From Alphaproteobacteria bacterium (GTDB lineage Bacteria; Pseudomonadota; Alphaproteobacteria; GCA-2731375), in assembly GCA_965225945.1 (NCBI GenBank), contig CBDDBZ010000021.1:46538-110537 (forward strand): a stretch of DNA of 64,000 nucleotides, in the 5' to 3' direction. The notes beneath the pieces were generated by a model. That model was given only the letters and a program-made list of their open reading frames with translations, was not told the DNA's origin and ran no database searches. Positions 53,691 to 62,869 of this stretch are shown here, one piece after another. Made by a program: the position numbers and the translations under genes. Numbering within the stretch: position 1 is the first letter of the stretch; every line of letters starts with the position of its first letter.

Positions 53691-54945
53691 TCATCCTTTT
53701 AATTTAGGCTTCCATGCCATCGCCAAGGCGGAAACGACCGAACCCAATGCCATGACCGCGAATGCCCAAAGCCAGGCCACGGGCTCGTCGCGGCCACCAC
53801 CCAGGTCGACCACCAACCCGACGGCAAGAGGGCCAAGAAAACCAAATGTGAAACCGACCATGCCAAACAGGGCCAGAGCCGCCGCCCGTGTTGCTCCCGT
53901 TGAAGCCGCCACAACGCCGCCAGCGATGGCGCCGACATCGCCATAGCTGGTAACGCTGTGAATCAACAGCATGGCAAGTACGAAAACATAGGGTCCGGAC
54001 GCCTGCCAACCAAGCATGCCGCAAGCCAAGACAGACGCAAGCGATACCGCGAAAATGACAGGCTTGCGACCCCATCTGCCCCCCAGCTCCGCAATGGCGA
54101 GGTTCAACGGTACCGCGATAACTACAGATCCCCAGCTCCGCAATGGCGAGGTTCAACGGTACCGCGATAACTACAGATAGCGCAGCAACCGTAGTCGGAT
54201 TCCAATCCAGCGAGGTATTCTCGTTTAGCGCCGCATTGTAAGCCAAGAACGGAACGAACCAAACACGAATGGCGAAAACCTCCCAGAGATTTCCAGCATA
54301 GGCGATGACATAACGAACAATCTCTGCATCTCGGAGCGCCTCTCCGAAATCGGGAAACAATCTACCTGACCGAGTTTCGTTCCCATCCAACGGCGGACCG
54401 ATCAAAAGAAGTGTCGGCAGAGACAGCAAGGACCCGATGCCGGCCGCCACGAATGCGGCCTCCCACCCCAGCGACCTCGAAAGCAGACCAGCGACCATGA
54501 ACGAGCACCCGCTGCCGACTGCAAAAGCACCCGTGTAATAAGCACTGGCACGGGTTTGCGGTTCACCGACCAAACGGTCCGCAAGCATTTTCATTCCGAC
54601 GATATGAATGCCGGCAAAGCCAATTCCAGCCACAAAACGCAAAACGAGCGCCCACCAGAACCCATCGGCAAATAGCGCAACGCTAAAGGAAGCGACCGTG
54701 CTGATGAGTGCCGCGACGGCATAGACAATGCGCCCATCCATCCGGTTGGCGGCGCCGGTCAGGAAAGGCAACGCGACGGCGTAACCCGAAAAATATATCC
54801 CGCCGAGCCATCCAATCTGCGAAGCGTCCATTTCCCATAGGATCGCTAACTCCACGGAGAGCGCTGGAACCGCCACAATCGGTAACTGGCCAAGTATGAG
54901 GCCCACTGACATCGAAAAGATAATTAAAACCGGTGATCGACTCAT
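53691..54945 (-). pseudogene. MFS transporter frameshifted by a 49-bp tandem duplication
   Basis: 54081-54129 repeated at 54130-54178; the C-terminal helices continue in ORF 53691-54143. Confidence 0.85.
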
Positions 54946-55050
54946 CAATTCGTTATCATGCAGCAATGCATTCCCTTTATTGTCGAGCCAGCTCGGGCGC
55001 GCGGATTACAGGAATCCCCCCGCCGAGCCAGCGTCCCGTCTCGAGTGTGA

Positions 55051-55175
55051 TTACCGCTGCCCTGATATTTTGTCCAACAACACGTGACGGAGGATCTTCC
55101 CGGCCGCATTGAGCGGCATTTCGTCGACGAAGTAGATACGCTCCGGGCACCGGTAGCTGGCAAGGTGGTAGGCCT
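55051..55175 (-). pseudogene. C-terminal remnant of an AMP-binding (acyl-CoA ligase) enzyme
   Basis: LASYRCPERIYFVDEMPLNAAGKILR (A10 motif); upstream part replaced by a REP/RAYT remnant. Confidence 0.7.
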
Positions 55176-55186
55176 GGGTCAGGCCT

Positions 55187-55480
55187 GGGGTGAGGTCCTG
55201 CATCTTGTTTTGGCTCGTGCTTCCCATGCCTTGATGATCCTGTTGCCGGAGGAATAGTGCAGGCCCGCCTCGTCGGCGATCCGGCGCATGGTGTAGCCAT
55301 GGTCGCGATAGGCCCGCGCCAACCATTGCGCGCGATCGCGCTCGCAGAGGGCGTCGAGAGTTTCGGGCGCGGCGCCCGTCAGCGGAACTTCCGAACGCGC
55401 CGTCCGCGCCGCCTCGCGGAGGCCGCCCGGGAACGCCTCGCCACCCACGACAGGCCGATGCAAAATGCAAGACCTGACCA
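55187..55480 (-). mobile_element. internally deleted RAYT-like element bounded by REP-like inverted repeats
   Basis: GGTGAGGTCCTGCATCTTG and TGCAAAATGCAAGACCTGACC flank AYRDHGYTMRRIADEAGLHYSSGNRIIK, a RAYT-type C-terminal HTH. Confidence 0.6.
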
Positions 55481-55599
55481 CAAATTCCATACCCATATGG
55501 GTGACGACGGGCCTACACCGTAATGATCTAAATTGGCTGTAAGCGGATGCGAGGCCGAAAGGCGATCCGGCAACGTTTCATTTATGATAGGTTGAGAAC

Positions 55600-55965
55600 A
55601 TGACCTCGAAACGGAACACGCGGCCGCGCGCCGGCGAAGAACTGAACCGCCGCCAAGCCTTGGCACGGCTTGGGCTCGGCGTCACGGCGGTCTATGCGGC
55701 GCCGGTGCTGCTGACCTTAAGCGAAGCCAAGGCCAGTGCGAGCTCGGGTGGTGGCTCCGGCGGTACTGGCGGATAGGGTGGCTCCGGCGGTACTGGCGGT
55801 ACTGGCGCGAGCGGTGCTTCTGGCGCTTCCGGTGCTTTAGGCGGCAGCGGGCCATCCGGTCCGAGTCTGCCCTCAATTCCAAGCACGGCGTCGGCCCCCA
55901 GCACGGCTTCCGGCCCCAGCCAGGCGTCGGGACCAAACGGACCCTCGGGCTCGATCCTCCTGTAA
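55600..55965 (+). CDS. putative RiPP-like Ser/Gly-rich precursor with RR/YxxPxL leader; in-frame TAG at 55774
   Basis: MTSKRNTRPRAGEELNRRQALARLGLGVTAVYAAPVLLTLSEAKA-SASSGGGSGGTGG*GGSGGTGGTGASGASGASGALGGSGPSGPSLPSIPSTASAPSTASGPSQASGPNGPSGSILL; not in the ORF track. Confidence 0.7.
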
Positions 55966-56046
55966 TTCGAGACGGGCAACGCAAATCGCTCGCACGGAAC
56001 CGCTTTCACCAACGCCTGGATGGCGCGGTGAGGGAGGCGTGACAGC

Positions 56047-57264
56047 GTGAGCGACGACTCGGTGAAGGTGACCTTCAATCGACTTTCAGCCCCGGTCGAG
56101 ATCGCCCGGGACGATCGCCTGCTGGCCTGCCTGGAACGAATCCTGCCGGGCTGGCACTTCCTCGAGAACGAAAACGCGGGCCCTGCAAGCACCAAGCTCC
56201 ACGGCCGCAAGTATGGCTATCACCTGACGTCGCCCCGGCTCGAAAAATCGAAGCGATACCAACACGAAGTCGACGCGGTCTGCGCCCTCATCGTCGAGCT
56301 CGTCTGGGGCTACCTCGAGGAGCATCCAGAGCTGCTATGCCTGCACGGCGCGGCGGCCGAGTTCTCCGGCAGGCTCGTGGTCTTCCCGAGCCGCTATCGG
56401 GCCGGCAAGAGCCTGCTCTCGGCGGCCCTGGCGGCCAGGGGCGTGCGCCTCTTTGCCGACGACGTTCTGCCGGTTCTCCGGCCGGCGCCGGGTCAGGCCG
56501 TAAACGGCATCGCGCCCGGCATCCAGCCGCGTCTGCGCCTGCCCCTGCCGGACAATCTGGATCGCCTGACCCGAGACTTCGTCACTCGCCGGCGCGGGCC
56601 GGAAAGCAAGCGCTACCGCTACCTCGCGCTGACGGCGGAGGAATTGGCTGCGGCCGGCGAGAGCGCCCCCATCGGCGCCTTCGTGCTGCTGGAGCGAGAC
56701 GACGATGCGTCCCTGGACTTGTCGCCGCTCGCCGCCGACGAGGTCCTGCGTCACGTGATCTGGCAGAATTTCGCCCGCGACCGCGGGGCTGCCCGCATCT
56801 TGGACGAGCTCCACGGCGCCGTCGTGGCGGGCCAGCACTATCGCCTGCGCTACAGCTCCACCGATGCGGCGGCGGCGCTGCTGCTGCAACGGTTCATGGC
56901 CTGGGAAATCTCAGGGATCACCGAGGAGGCGCCGCGCGCGTCCCCGCCTGCCTCGGACCCCTCGCCCGGCGCCGATCCGCTCCCGCCGAGCAGCTATCTT
57001 CGGCGCCCGGAAGTGGTCGAGAAGACCGTCGGCGACGAACAGTTCCTAGCCGAGCTCGACGGCACCCGGATCTATCATTTGAACCCGACCGCGGCGGCCG
57101 TCTGGCGTCTCTTGGCCGAACCTCGGACCGAGGCCGAAATAGTCGAGATCGTCCAGGCCGCCTTTCCCGAGGTCGATCGGAGACGAATCCAAGCGGAGAT
57201 CGGGGCGCTCATCGAAAGCCTCCGCGCCAAAGGACTTCTCGTCGGCGCCCGAGCGGTCGAATAG
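56047..57264 (+). CDS. HPr kinase-like P-loop protein fused to a C-terminal PqqD/RRE domain
   Basis: LHGAA, RAGKS, FADDVL kinase-like motifs; C-terminal IYHLNPTAAAVWRLL...EIVEIVQAAFPEV...LIESLRAKGLL PqqD signature. Confidence 0.85.
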   Translation: MSDDSVKVTFNRLSAPVEIARDDRLLACLERILPGWHFLENENAGPASTKLHGRKYGYHLTSPRLEKSKRYQHEVDAVCALIVELVWGYLEEHPELLCLHGAAAEFSGRLVVFPSRYRAGKSLLSAALAARGVRLFADDVLPVLRPAPGQAVNGIAPGIQPRLRLPLPDNLDRLTRDFVTRRRGPESKRYRYLALTAEELAAAGESAPIGAFVLLERDDDASLDLSPLAADEVLRHVIWQNFARDRGAARILDELHGAVVAGQHYRLRYSSTDAAAALLLQRFMAWEISGITEEAPRASPPASDPSPGADPLPPSSYLRRPEVVEKTVGDEQFLAELDGTRIYHLNPTAAAVWRLLAEPRTEAEIVEIVQAAFPEVDRRRIQAEIGALIESLRAKGLLVGARAVE

Positions 57265-57301
57265 CGGACAGGGTACCGCGGATCCGTGCCCCGGGCTCAG
57301 T

Positions 57302-57810
57302 TCAGATACTCTGGCGCTTCGTTGTCGAGAATACGGCGGCGCGTCGGTCGAGATTGTGGAGATTGTCGGGAAGTGGCGCTGCGGCATCATCCGAGTCTAT
57401 GGTGTTGGAGTCGATTTGCTCGGCTTGCTGCAATGACCAGCGCCACACATGCACCGGCCGGGCAATGTTCTTCGATTCCTGCACACACAGATCCTCGAAC
57501 ACTGCATCCAGTCGATCGCGAACGTCCTCATGGACCCGACGTGAAATGGCGATGCCGCCGGGTTCGGCGATCTCCTGCAAGCGTGCGGCGACGTTCATGC
57601 CGTCTCCCAGAATGTCCTCACCGACGATGATAATTTTGCCCAGGTTGACGCCCACGCGGAAGGTGATGCGCGTGTCCTCCGGCTCCTCTGCGCTGCGTGC
57701 CGCCATGCCTTCCTGAACTTCGGCAGCGCATTGCGTAGCGTTCGCGACCGATGGGAAATCCAGCAGCAGTCCGTCGTCCATCGTCTTGACGATGCGTCCG
57801 CCGTGATTTC
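57302..57810 (-). pseudogene. class III adenylate cyclase fragment
   Basis: HGGRIVKTMDDGLL, FRVGVNLG, GDGMNVAARLQ, KNIARPV; N-terminus missing and motifs degenerate. Confidence 0.75.
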
Positions 57811-58000
57811 GGCCTCGCTCATCCGCCGCCGGCCGGCCACCTGTCCGCCCGCGCGCCTTCGCCGCGTCCAGCCCGGCCATGGGCCGCTCGACGTCTCGCG
57901 CGCAATCCGATGGCGAGTCCCGATGTGGAAGCACGGCGTTGCCGAGGGCCCGAAAGGCTGGTTCAATTGGCCACCGCTCGGAACGGCGAGGGAGAGATTG

Positions 58001-58867
58001 ATGAAGCTCGACACACGGCCGCTCGCGCCGAACCTCGGGGCGGAGGTTTTGGGCATCGACCCGCTGGCGCCGATCGAGCGGGAGACGCGGGCGGCGATCC
58101 GCGCCGCGCTCGACGAATTCTCGGTCCTGCTGTTCCGCGCTCCGGCGGTGGACGACGACCAGCAGATCGCCTTCTCCGAGATCTTCGGACCGCTCGAGAT
58201 CACCCTCAAGTCGAATCCCGCGGCCGGTAGTCATTTCGCGCGACAGTCCAACATCGACATGGCGAGCGGTGAGATCATCCCGCCCGAGGATCGCCGCATG
58301 CTCTACCAGATCGGCAACACCCTGTGGCACAGCGATTCTTCCTATAAGGAGGTGCCGTCCTACTGCTCGATACTGTCGGCCCGCGAGGCGCCGCCCGAAG
58401 GTGGCGACACCGAATTGGCCAGCACCCGCCTGGGCTACGCCGCCCTCGACGCGGCGACGCGGGCGCGGATCGAGCCGCTGGTGGTCGAGCACGACATCGT
58501 CTATTCCCGCGGCCTCTGCGGCCACGACGTGCTGACCGACGAGATGAAGGCCGAGACCCCGCCGACGCGACATCGCCTGGTCAGGGTCAACCCGGCGAAC
58601 GGCCGGCGCTCGATGCTGATCGGCGCCCACGCCTCGCACATCGTCGGCTGGCCGAAGGCGGAGGGCCGCGAACTGCTGGCCGAGATGCTGGCGGTCACGA
58701 CGCGGCCGGAACATTGTCTCAGCCACCGGTGGGGGGAAGGCGATATCATCGTCTGGGACAACCGCGCCTGCCTGCACCGCGCGACACCCTATGATGCGGC
58801 CAAATTCCGCCGCCTGATGCAGCGCACCACCGTCGCCGGCACGCACGCGACCATCCGAAGCGTCTGA
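58001..58867 (+). CDS. TauD/TfdA family 2OG-dependent dioxygenase
   Basis: LGAEV, WHSDSSY, GGDTE, HRWGEGDIIVWDNRACLHRA. Confidence 0.92.
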   Translation: MKLDTRPLAPNLGAEVLGIDPLAPIERETRAAIRAALDEFSVLLFRAPAVDDDQQIAFSEIFGPLEITLKSNPAAGSHFARQSNIDMASGEIIPPEDRRMLYQIGNTLWHSDSSYKEVPSYCSILSAREAPPEGGDTELASTRLGYAALDAATRARIEPLVVEHDIVYSRGLCGHDVLTDEMKAETPPTRHRLVRVNPANGRRSMLIGAHASHIVGWPKAEGRELLAEMLAVTTRPEHCLSHRWGEGDIIVWDNRACLHRATPYDAAKFRRLMQRTTVAGTHATIRSV

Positions 58868-58901
58868 CGACGCGCCACGGCCACGCCCGAGAGGAGCCCC
58901 G

Positions 58902-59777
58902 ATGCGTATCGGCCATACCTTCCCGACCACCGAAATCGGCAACGACGCCGGTGTAATTCGCGACTACATTCAGGCCATCGAGGGCATGGGCTACGACTAT
59001 GTCACGATCCTGGAGCACGTGGTGGGCGCGCGCGAGGCGGTGGCCGACGACTGGCGGGCCTATTACACCCGCGACCGCCCGTTCCACGAGCCCTTCGTGC
59101 TGATGGGATTTTTTGCGGCGGCGACGAGGCGAATTCGCTTCAAGACCGCGATCCTGATCCTGCCGCAGCGCCAGACCGCACTGGTGGCCAAGCAGGCCGC
59201 CGAGATCGACACCTTGAGCGGCGGTCGCCTCGAGCTCGGTGTCGGGCTGGGCTGGAACAGGATCGAGTTCGACGTGCTGGGCGAAAAATTCTCCAACCGC
59301 AACCGGCGAATGGAGGAGCAGATCGAGGTCCTACGCCGGCTCTGGTCGGACGAGTTGGTCAGCTTCGAGGGCGAATATCATCGGCTCGACGACGTCGGTA
59401 TCAACCCGCTCCCGGTTCAGCGGCCGATCCCGCTCTGGATCGGAGCCTTCGCCGACGTCGCGGTGGCGCGCGCCGGGCGGATCGCCGACGGCTGGCTGCT
59501 GAATCCCCGCCTTCGTCCCGACAACGCGGCCCAGGCGGTGATCAAGGTGTTCCGAGCGGCGGCGAGCGAGGCCGGGCGGGAGGCCAACGCGCTGGGCCTC
59601 GACGTCACCATCTGGGCCCATCAAGGCGGGCCGGAGGAGTGGCGGGCGCTTTACGACGGCTGGCGAGCGATGGGGGCGAGCCACCTCACCTTCCGCACCA
59701 TGCAGTCCGATTTCGCCGACGCCCAGGGACACTTGGAGGCGGCGGGTCGCTTCATGGACACAATTCCCGGGCGTTGA
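58902..59777 (+). CDS. LLM class F420-dependent-like oxidoreductase
   Basis: FHEPFVL, LILPQRQTALVAKQAAEID.LSGGRL.LGVGLGWN, RAGRIADGW. Confidence 0.88.
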   Translation: MRIGHTFPTTEIGNDAGVIRDYIQAIEGMGYDYVTILEHVVGAREAVADDWRAYYTRDRPFHEPFVLMGFFAAATRRIRFKTAILILPQRQTALVAKQAAEIDTLSGGRLELGVGLGWNRIEFDVLGEKFSNRNRRMEEQIEVLRRLWSDELVSFEGEYHRLDDVGINPLPVQRPIPLWIGAFADVAVARAGRIADGWLLNPRLRPDNAAQAVIKVFRAAASEAGREANALGLDVTIWAHQGGPEEWRALYDGWRAMGASHLTFRTMQSDFADAQGHLEAAGRFMDTIPGR

Positions 59778-59805
59778 GCCGGGGCCGCGCGACGACGAGC
59801 CCGAG

Positions 59806-61077
59806 GTGCGGTATTTCCTCTATATCTCGCCCTTCTTCCCGCCGTTGGCCCGCACCGGCGCGTTCCGGGCGTTGAAGTTCACCCGTCATCTGCCGGACCA
59901 GGGCTGGCAACCGGTGGTGCTGGCCGACCTCTGGCCCGGCGCGGCGGTGGACGCGGCGCTGGCCGAGGCGGTGCCGGGCGACACCCCGGTGGTGCACGAT
60001 TATGGGCCGAGGGCGGCCGAGGCGATTCTGGCCGCGGCCCCGCCGCTGCCACGTGCCGCTGGCCGGCCCTCGCCCGCCAGGCCGGCGGGCCTCTTTCGCG
60101 GGCGGGAATGGCTGCCGCTCGGCGCGGCGGCGTTCGCCATCCCCCATGCGCTCCGCGCCGCCCGGCGCGTGCTGGCGGCGCACCCGGTCGAGGCGATCAT
60201 GGTCAACGCCGATCCGGTCGCGGCGCTGGTGGTGGGCGAGCGACTGGCGGCGGAGAGCGGACTGCCGCTCGTCGCCGATCTCCGCGATCCCTGGGGTCCC
60301 TGCGAGCTCCGCCGTCCGCTCCGCCCGGCGACGACGCGGGCGATCGAGGGTCTCGCCGAGCGCCGCGTGGTGCGGCGCGCGGCGGCCGTGATCCTCAACA
60401 CCGAGACCACGGCCGACGACTACCGCCGCCATTACCCGAACGTCGCGGCGAAACGCTTCAGCTTCATCCGCAACCACGGCGATGGCGCGTTGATCCGCTC
60501 AGGCGAGGCACCGGCGCCCGCCTTCGAGGTCTTCACGCTATTGTTCCTGGGCGGTTTCAGCCGCTTCGTCCGGCCGGACCCGCTGCTGGCGCTGCTGGCG
60601 GAGCTGAAACGTCGCGGTCACGGGCCGGAGGCGGTTCGCCTGGCGCTGACCGAGCGGCTCGACGTCGAGAGCGAGCGGCGGGCGGAGCAACTCGGCCTCG
60701 CCGCGATGATCGAGACGGTCGGAAACCTGCCCTACCGCGACGTCGGCAAACTGATCGACGCGGCCGACGTGGGGACCCTGATCGCGCCCAGCCGCCAGCG
60801 GGTGCAGGCCAAGTTCTACGACTACGTCACCGGCGAGCGGCCGATCCTGGCGATCGGCGAGAGGCACCCGGAGCTCGACGCGATCCTGAGCGAGACCGAG
60901 GCGGGCCGGCGGATCCGACCGGGCGCGGTGCCGGAGATGGCGGATTGGGTGGAGCGCCATCTGGCCCGGGGCCGCCATCCGACGGCGCCGCGTCCGCCCG
61001 GGGCGAGGCGGGAATTTTCCAGCCCGCGCGCGGCGGAACGCCTGGCGCGGCTGCTGGAAAAGGTGGCGGGCCGGTGA
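59806..61077 (+). CDS. glycosyltransferase (GT-B, GT4-like)
   Basis: ISPFFPP..GAFRALKFTRHL, PLVADLRDPW, KFYDYVTGERPILAI. Confidence 0.8.
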   Translation: MRYFLYISPFFPPLARTGAFRALKFTRHLPDQGWQPVVLADLWPGAAVDAALAEAVPGDTPVVHDYGPRAAEAILAAAPPLPRAAGRPSPARPAGLFRGREWLPLGAAAFAIPHALRAARRVLAAHPVEAIMVNADPVAALVVGERLAAESGLPLVADLRDPWGPCELRRPLRPATTRAIEGLAERRVVRRAAAVILNTETTADDYRRHYPNVAAKRFSFIRNHGDGALIRSGEAPAPAFEVFTLLFLGGFSRFVRPDPLLALLAELKRRGHGPEAVRLALTERLDVESERRAEQLGLAAMIETVGNLPYRDVGKLIDAADVGTLIAPSRQRVQAKFYDYVTGERPILAIGERHPELDAILSETEAGRRIRPGAVPEMADWVERHLARGRHPTAPRPPGARREFSSPRAAERLARLLEKVAGR

Positions 61078-62036
61078 GCGCGGGGGCACGAATCGACGTC
61101 GTCTACACCTGGGTGGACGATAGCTTCCCGGGCTATGGCGAGGAGATGGCGCGCCATGCCGGCACGGTGCACGACCGCAACCCGAACCGGACGCGGGACA
61201 ACCTCGAATTGCTGAAATACAGCCTGCGCGGCCTCGCCCGCCGGGTGCCGTGGGCCGGCCGGGTGCATCTGCTCACCTGCCGGCCGCAGCTGCCGGATTG
61301 GCTCGATTGCGAGGCGCCGGGGCTCCGCATCCACCACCATGACGAAATCATGGATTCCACGATCCTGCCGACCTACAACTCCTTCGCGATCCTGAGCCAC
61401 CTGCATCTGATCCCCGGCCTCTCGGAGCGCTTTCTCTACGTCGAGGACGACATGCTGTTCGACGCCGAGGTGGCGAGAACGCATTTCCTGGCGCCTGACG
61501 GGCGGATCGTGGTGCGCCGCCGGCTCGGCCGGACGGCGCATCCGTCGCGTCGCGACGACGAGACGACGTCGCCCTGGAACGCCTCGCTCGCCCGGGCCAA
61601 CCATCTGCTGGACACCGCCTTCGGGGCCGCGCCGCGCCACGTCGTCAACCACGTGCCGCTGTTGATCGACAAGGCCATCTGGACCGAGATGCTGGCGCGC
61701 TGGCCGGACGAGGTCCGCCTGACGCGGGAGAGCCGCTTTCGCCGCGCCGGCAACATCGCGCCCGAACACCTCTACCCCCACTACCTGCTGGCGATCGGTG
61801 TCGGCATCGCAGCACCACTCGCCGAGACCTATCGCCGAACGCTCTATTTCGGCCTCGGGAACAGTTTGGCGATGGCCCGCCTCGCCATGGCGCTGATCCG
61901 CCTGATGGCCCCGCGCACGCTGGCGCTCAACGACAATTTCGACGCTTCACCCAACCCGCGCGTGGTCGCCGCCGTCCGCGCCTTTCTGGAGCGGCGCTAT
62001 CCGATGCCTTCCCCGTTCGAAAAGGCGTTGCTCTAG
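61074..62036 (+). CDS. Stealth family hexose-phosphate transferase
   Basis: IDVVYTWVD (CR1), LKYSLR...PW, PTYNSFAI..LHLIPGLSERFLYVEDD (CR2), HVPL, LND...SPFE. Confidence 0.88.
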   Translation: MSAGARIDVVYTWVDDSFPGYGEEMARHAGTVHDRNPNRTRDNLELLKYSLRGLARRVPWAGRVHLLTCRPQLPDWLDCEAPGLRIHHHDEIMDSTILPTYNSFAILSHLHLIPGLSERFLYVEDDMLFDAEVARTHFLAPDGRIVVRRRLGRTAHPSRRDDETTSPWNASLARANHLLDTAFGAAPRHVVNHVPLLIDKAIWTEMLARWPDEVRLTRESRFRRAGNIAPEHLYPHYLLAIGVGIAAPLAETYRRTLYFGLGNSLAMARLAMALIRLMAPRTLALNDNFDASPNPRVVAAVRAFLERRYPMPSPFEKALL

Positions 62037-62251
62037 TGAAGCCGGGCCGGGCGATCGTGCTCCGCCAACAGGGCCTCGACCGCGCGGGAGATGGTGCTCC
62101 AGACCTGGGCCTGCTCCACATCGCCCTGGCGGCGGTACTCGGTGATGGTGCGGGCGACGAGGCTCCGGGCGCCGACGCCATAGAGCATCACCGAGCCGCG
62201 AGCCGCGAGCCAGATGTCGCTGTCGGGGATCGTGTGTTCGGGGGTTTGCAT
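62033..62251 (-). CDS. small hypothetical protein
   Basis: DIWLAA...YG...GDVEQAQVWSTISRAVEAL...LH pattern; GGAGG upstream. Confidence 0.6.
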   Translation of the reverse strand: MQTPEHTIPDSDIWLAARGSVMLYGVGARSLVARTITEYRRQGDVEQAQVWSTISRAVEALLAEHDRPARLH

Positions 62252-62420
62252 CCCACTGCCTCCGAGAGTTTTCCGTCCGGGAAACGCAGAGCAAGGAACG
62301 GGCCGAAACCAGGGCATTGAATTCGTTGCCGATTTCGCGGTCCACCTCACCCTCGGGCAATTCCTGCCGGGCCGATCCGGCCGTGGTAGCCTCGATGCGT
62401 GGGCGGAGCGGAGGCGCCGG

Positions 62421-62837
62421 ATGTCGGAGGGCGAAGGCGAGGCACGGCCGATCGTGCTGTTCGACGGCTACTGCGTCATCTGCAATGCCGGCGTCGATCT
62501 GCTGTTGCGGGTGGATCGGCGTGGCGTGTTGCGCTATGGCGCGCTGCAAACGGAGGCCGGACGCCGCCTCGCGGCCCGCCACGGCCTGCTCGCCGACGAC
62601 CCCGACACCTTCTACCTGGTCGAGGACAGGCGCGTTCTGGACCGCGCCGACGCGGCCCTGGCGATCGCCCGCCATTTGGGCGGCCCCTGGCATTTGGTGC
62701 GCGTGTTGGGGCTGCTGCCCAAGCGGCTCCGAGACCGTGCCTACGATTATTTGGCCCGCAACCGCTACCGCTGGTTCGGCGTCCGCGACACCTGCCGTCT
62801 CCCGAGCCCGGCCGAGCGCGCGCGGTTCCTGGAGTGA
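62421..62837 (+). CDS. DCC1-like thiol-disulfide oxidoreductase
   Basis: IVLFDGYCVICN, RDRAYDYLARNRYRWFG..DTC. Confidence 0.9.
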   Translation: MSEGEGEARPIVLFDGYCVICNAGVDLLLRVDRRGVLRYGALQTEAGRRLAARHGLLADDPDTFYLVEDRRVLDRADAALAIARHLGGPWHLVRVLGLLPKRLRDRAYDYLARNRYRWFGVRDTCRLPSPAERARFLE

Positions 62838-62869
62838 GCGGGGTCCTCACCCCCAGATCGTTGCAGCAT

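Noticed and set aside
55682-55984. Minus-strand ORFs with QYRR or Pro-rich repeats
   Set aside because: Antisense readings of the Gly/Ser repeats; the plus-strand frame has a coherent leader and is co-directional with the kinase.
55600-57264. Lasso peptide or PQQ biosynthesis cluster
   Set aside because: No asparagine-synthetase-like cyclase, B2 peptidase or pqqBCE, and the core has no Asp/Glu for macrolactam formation.
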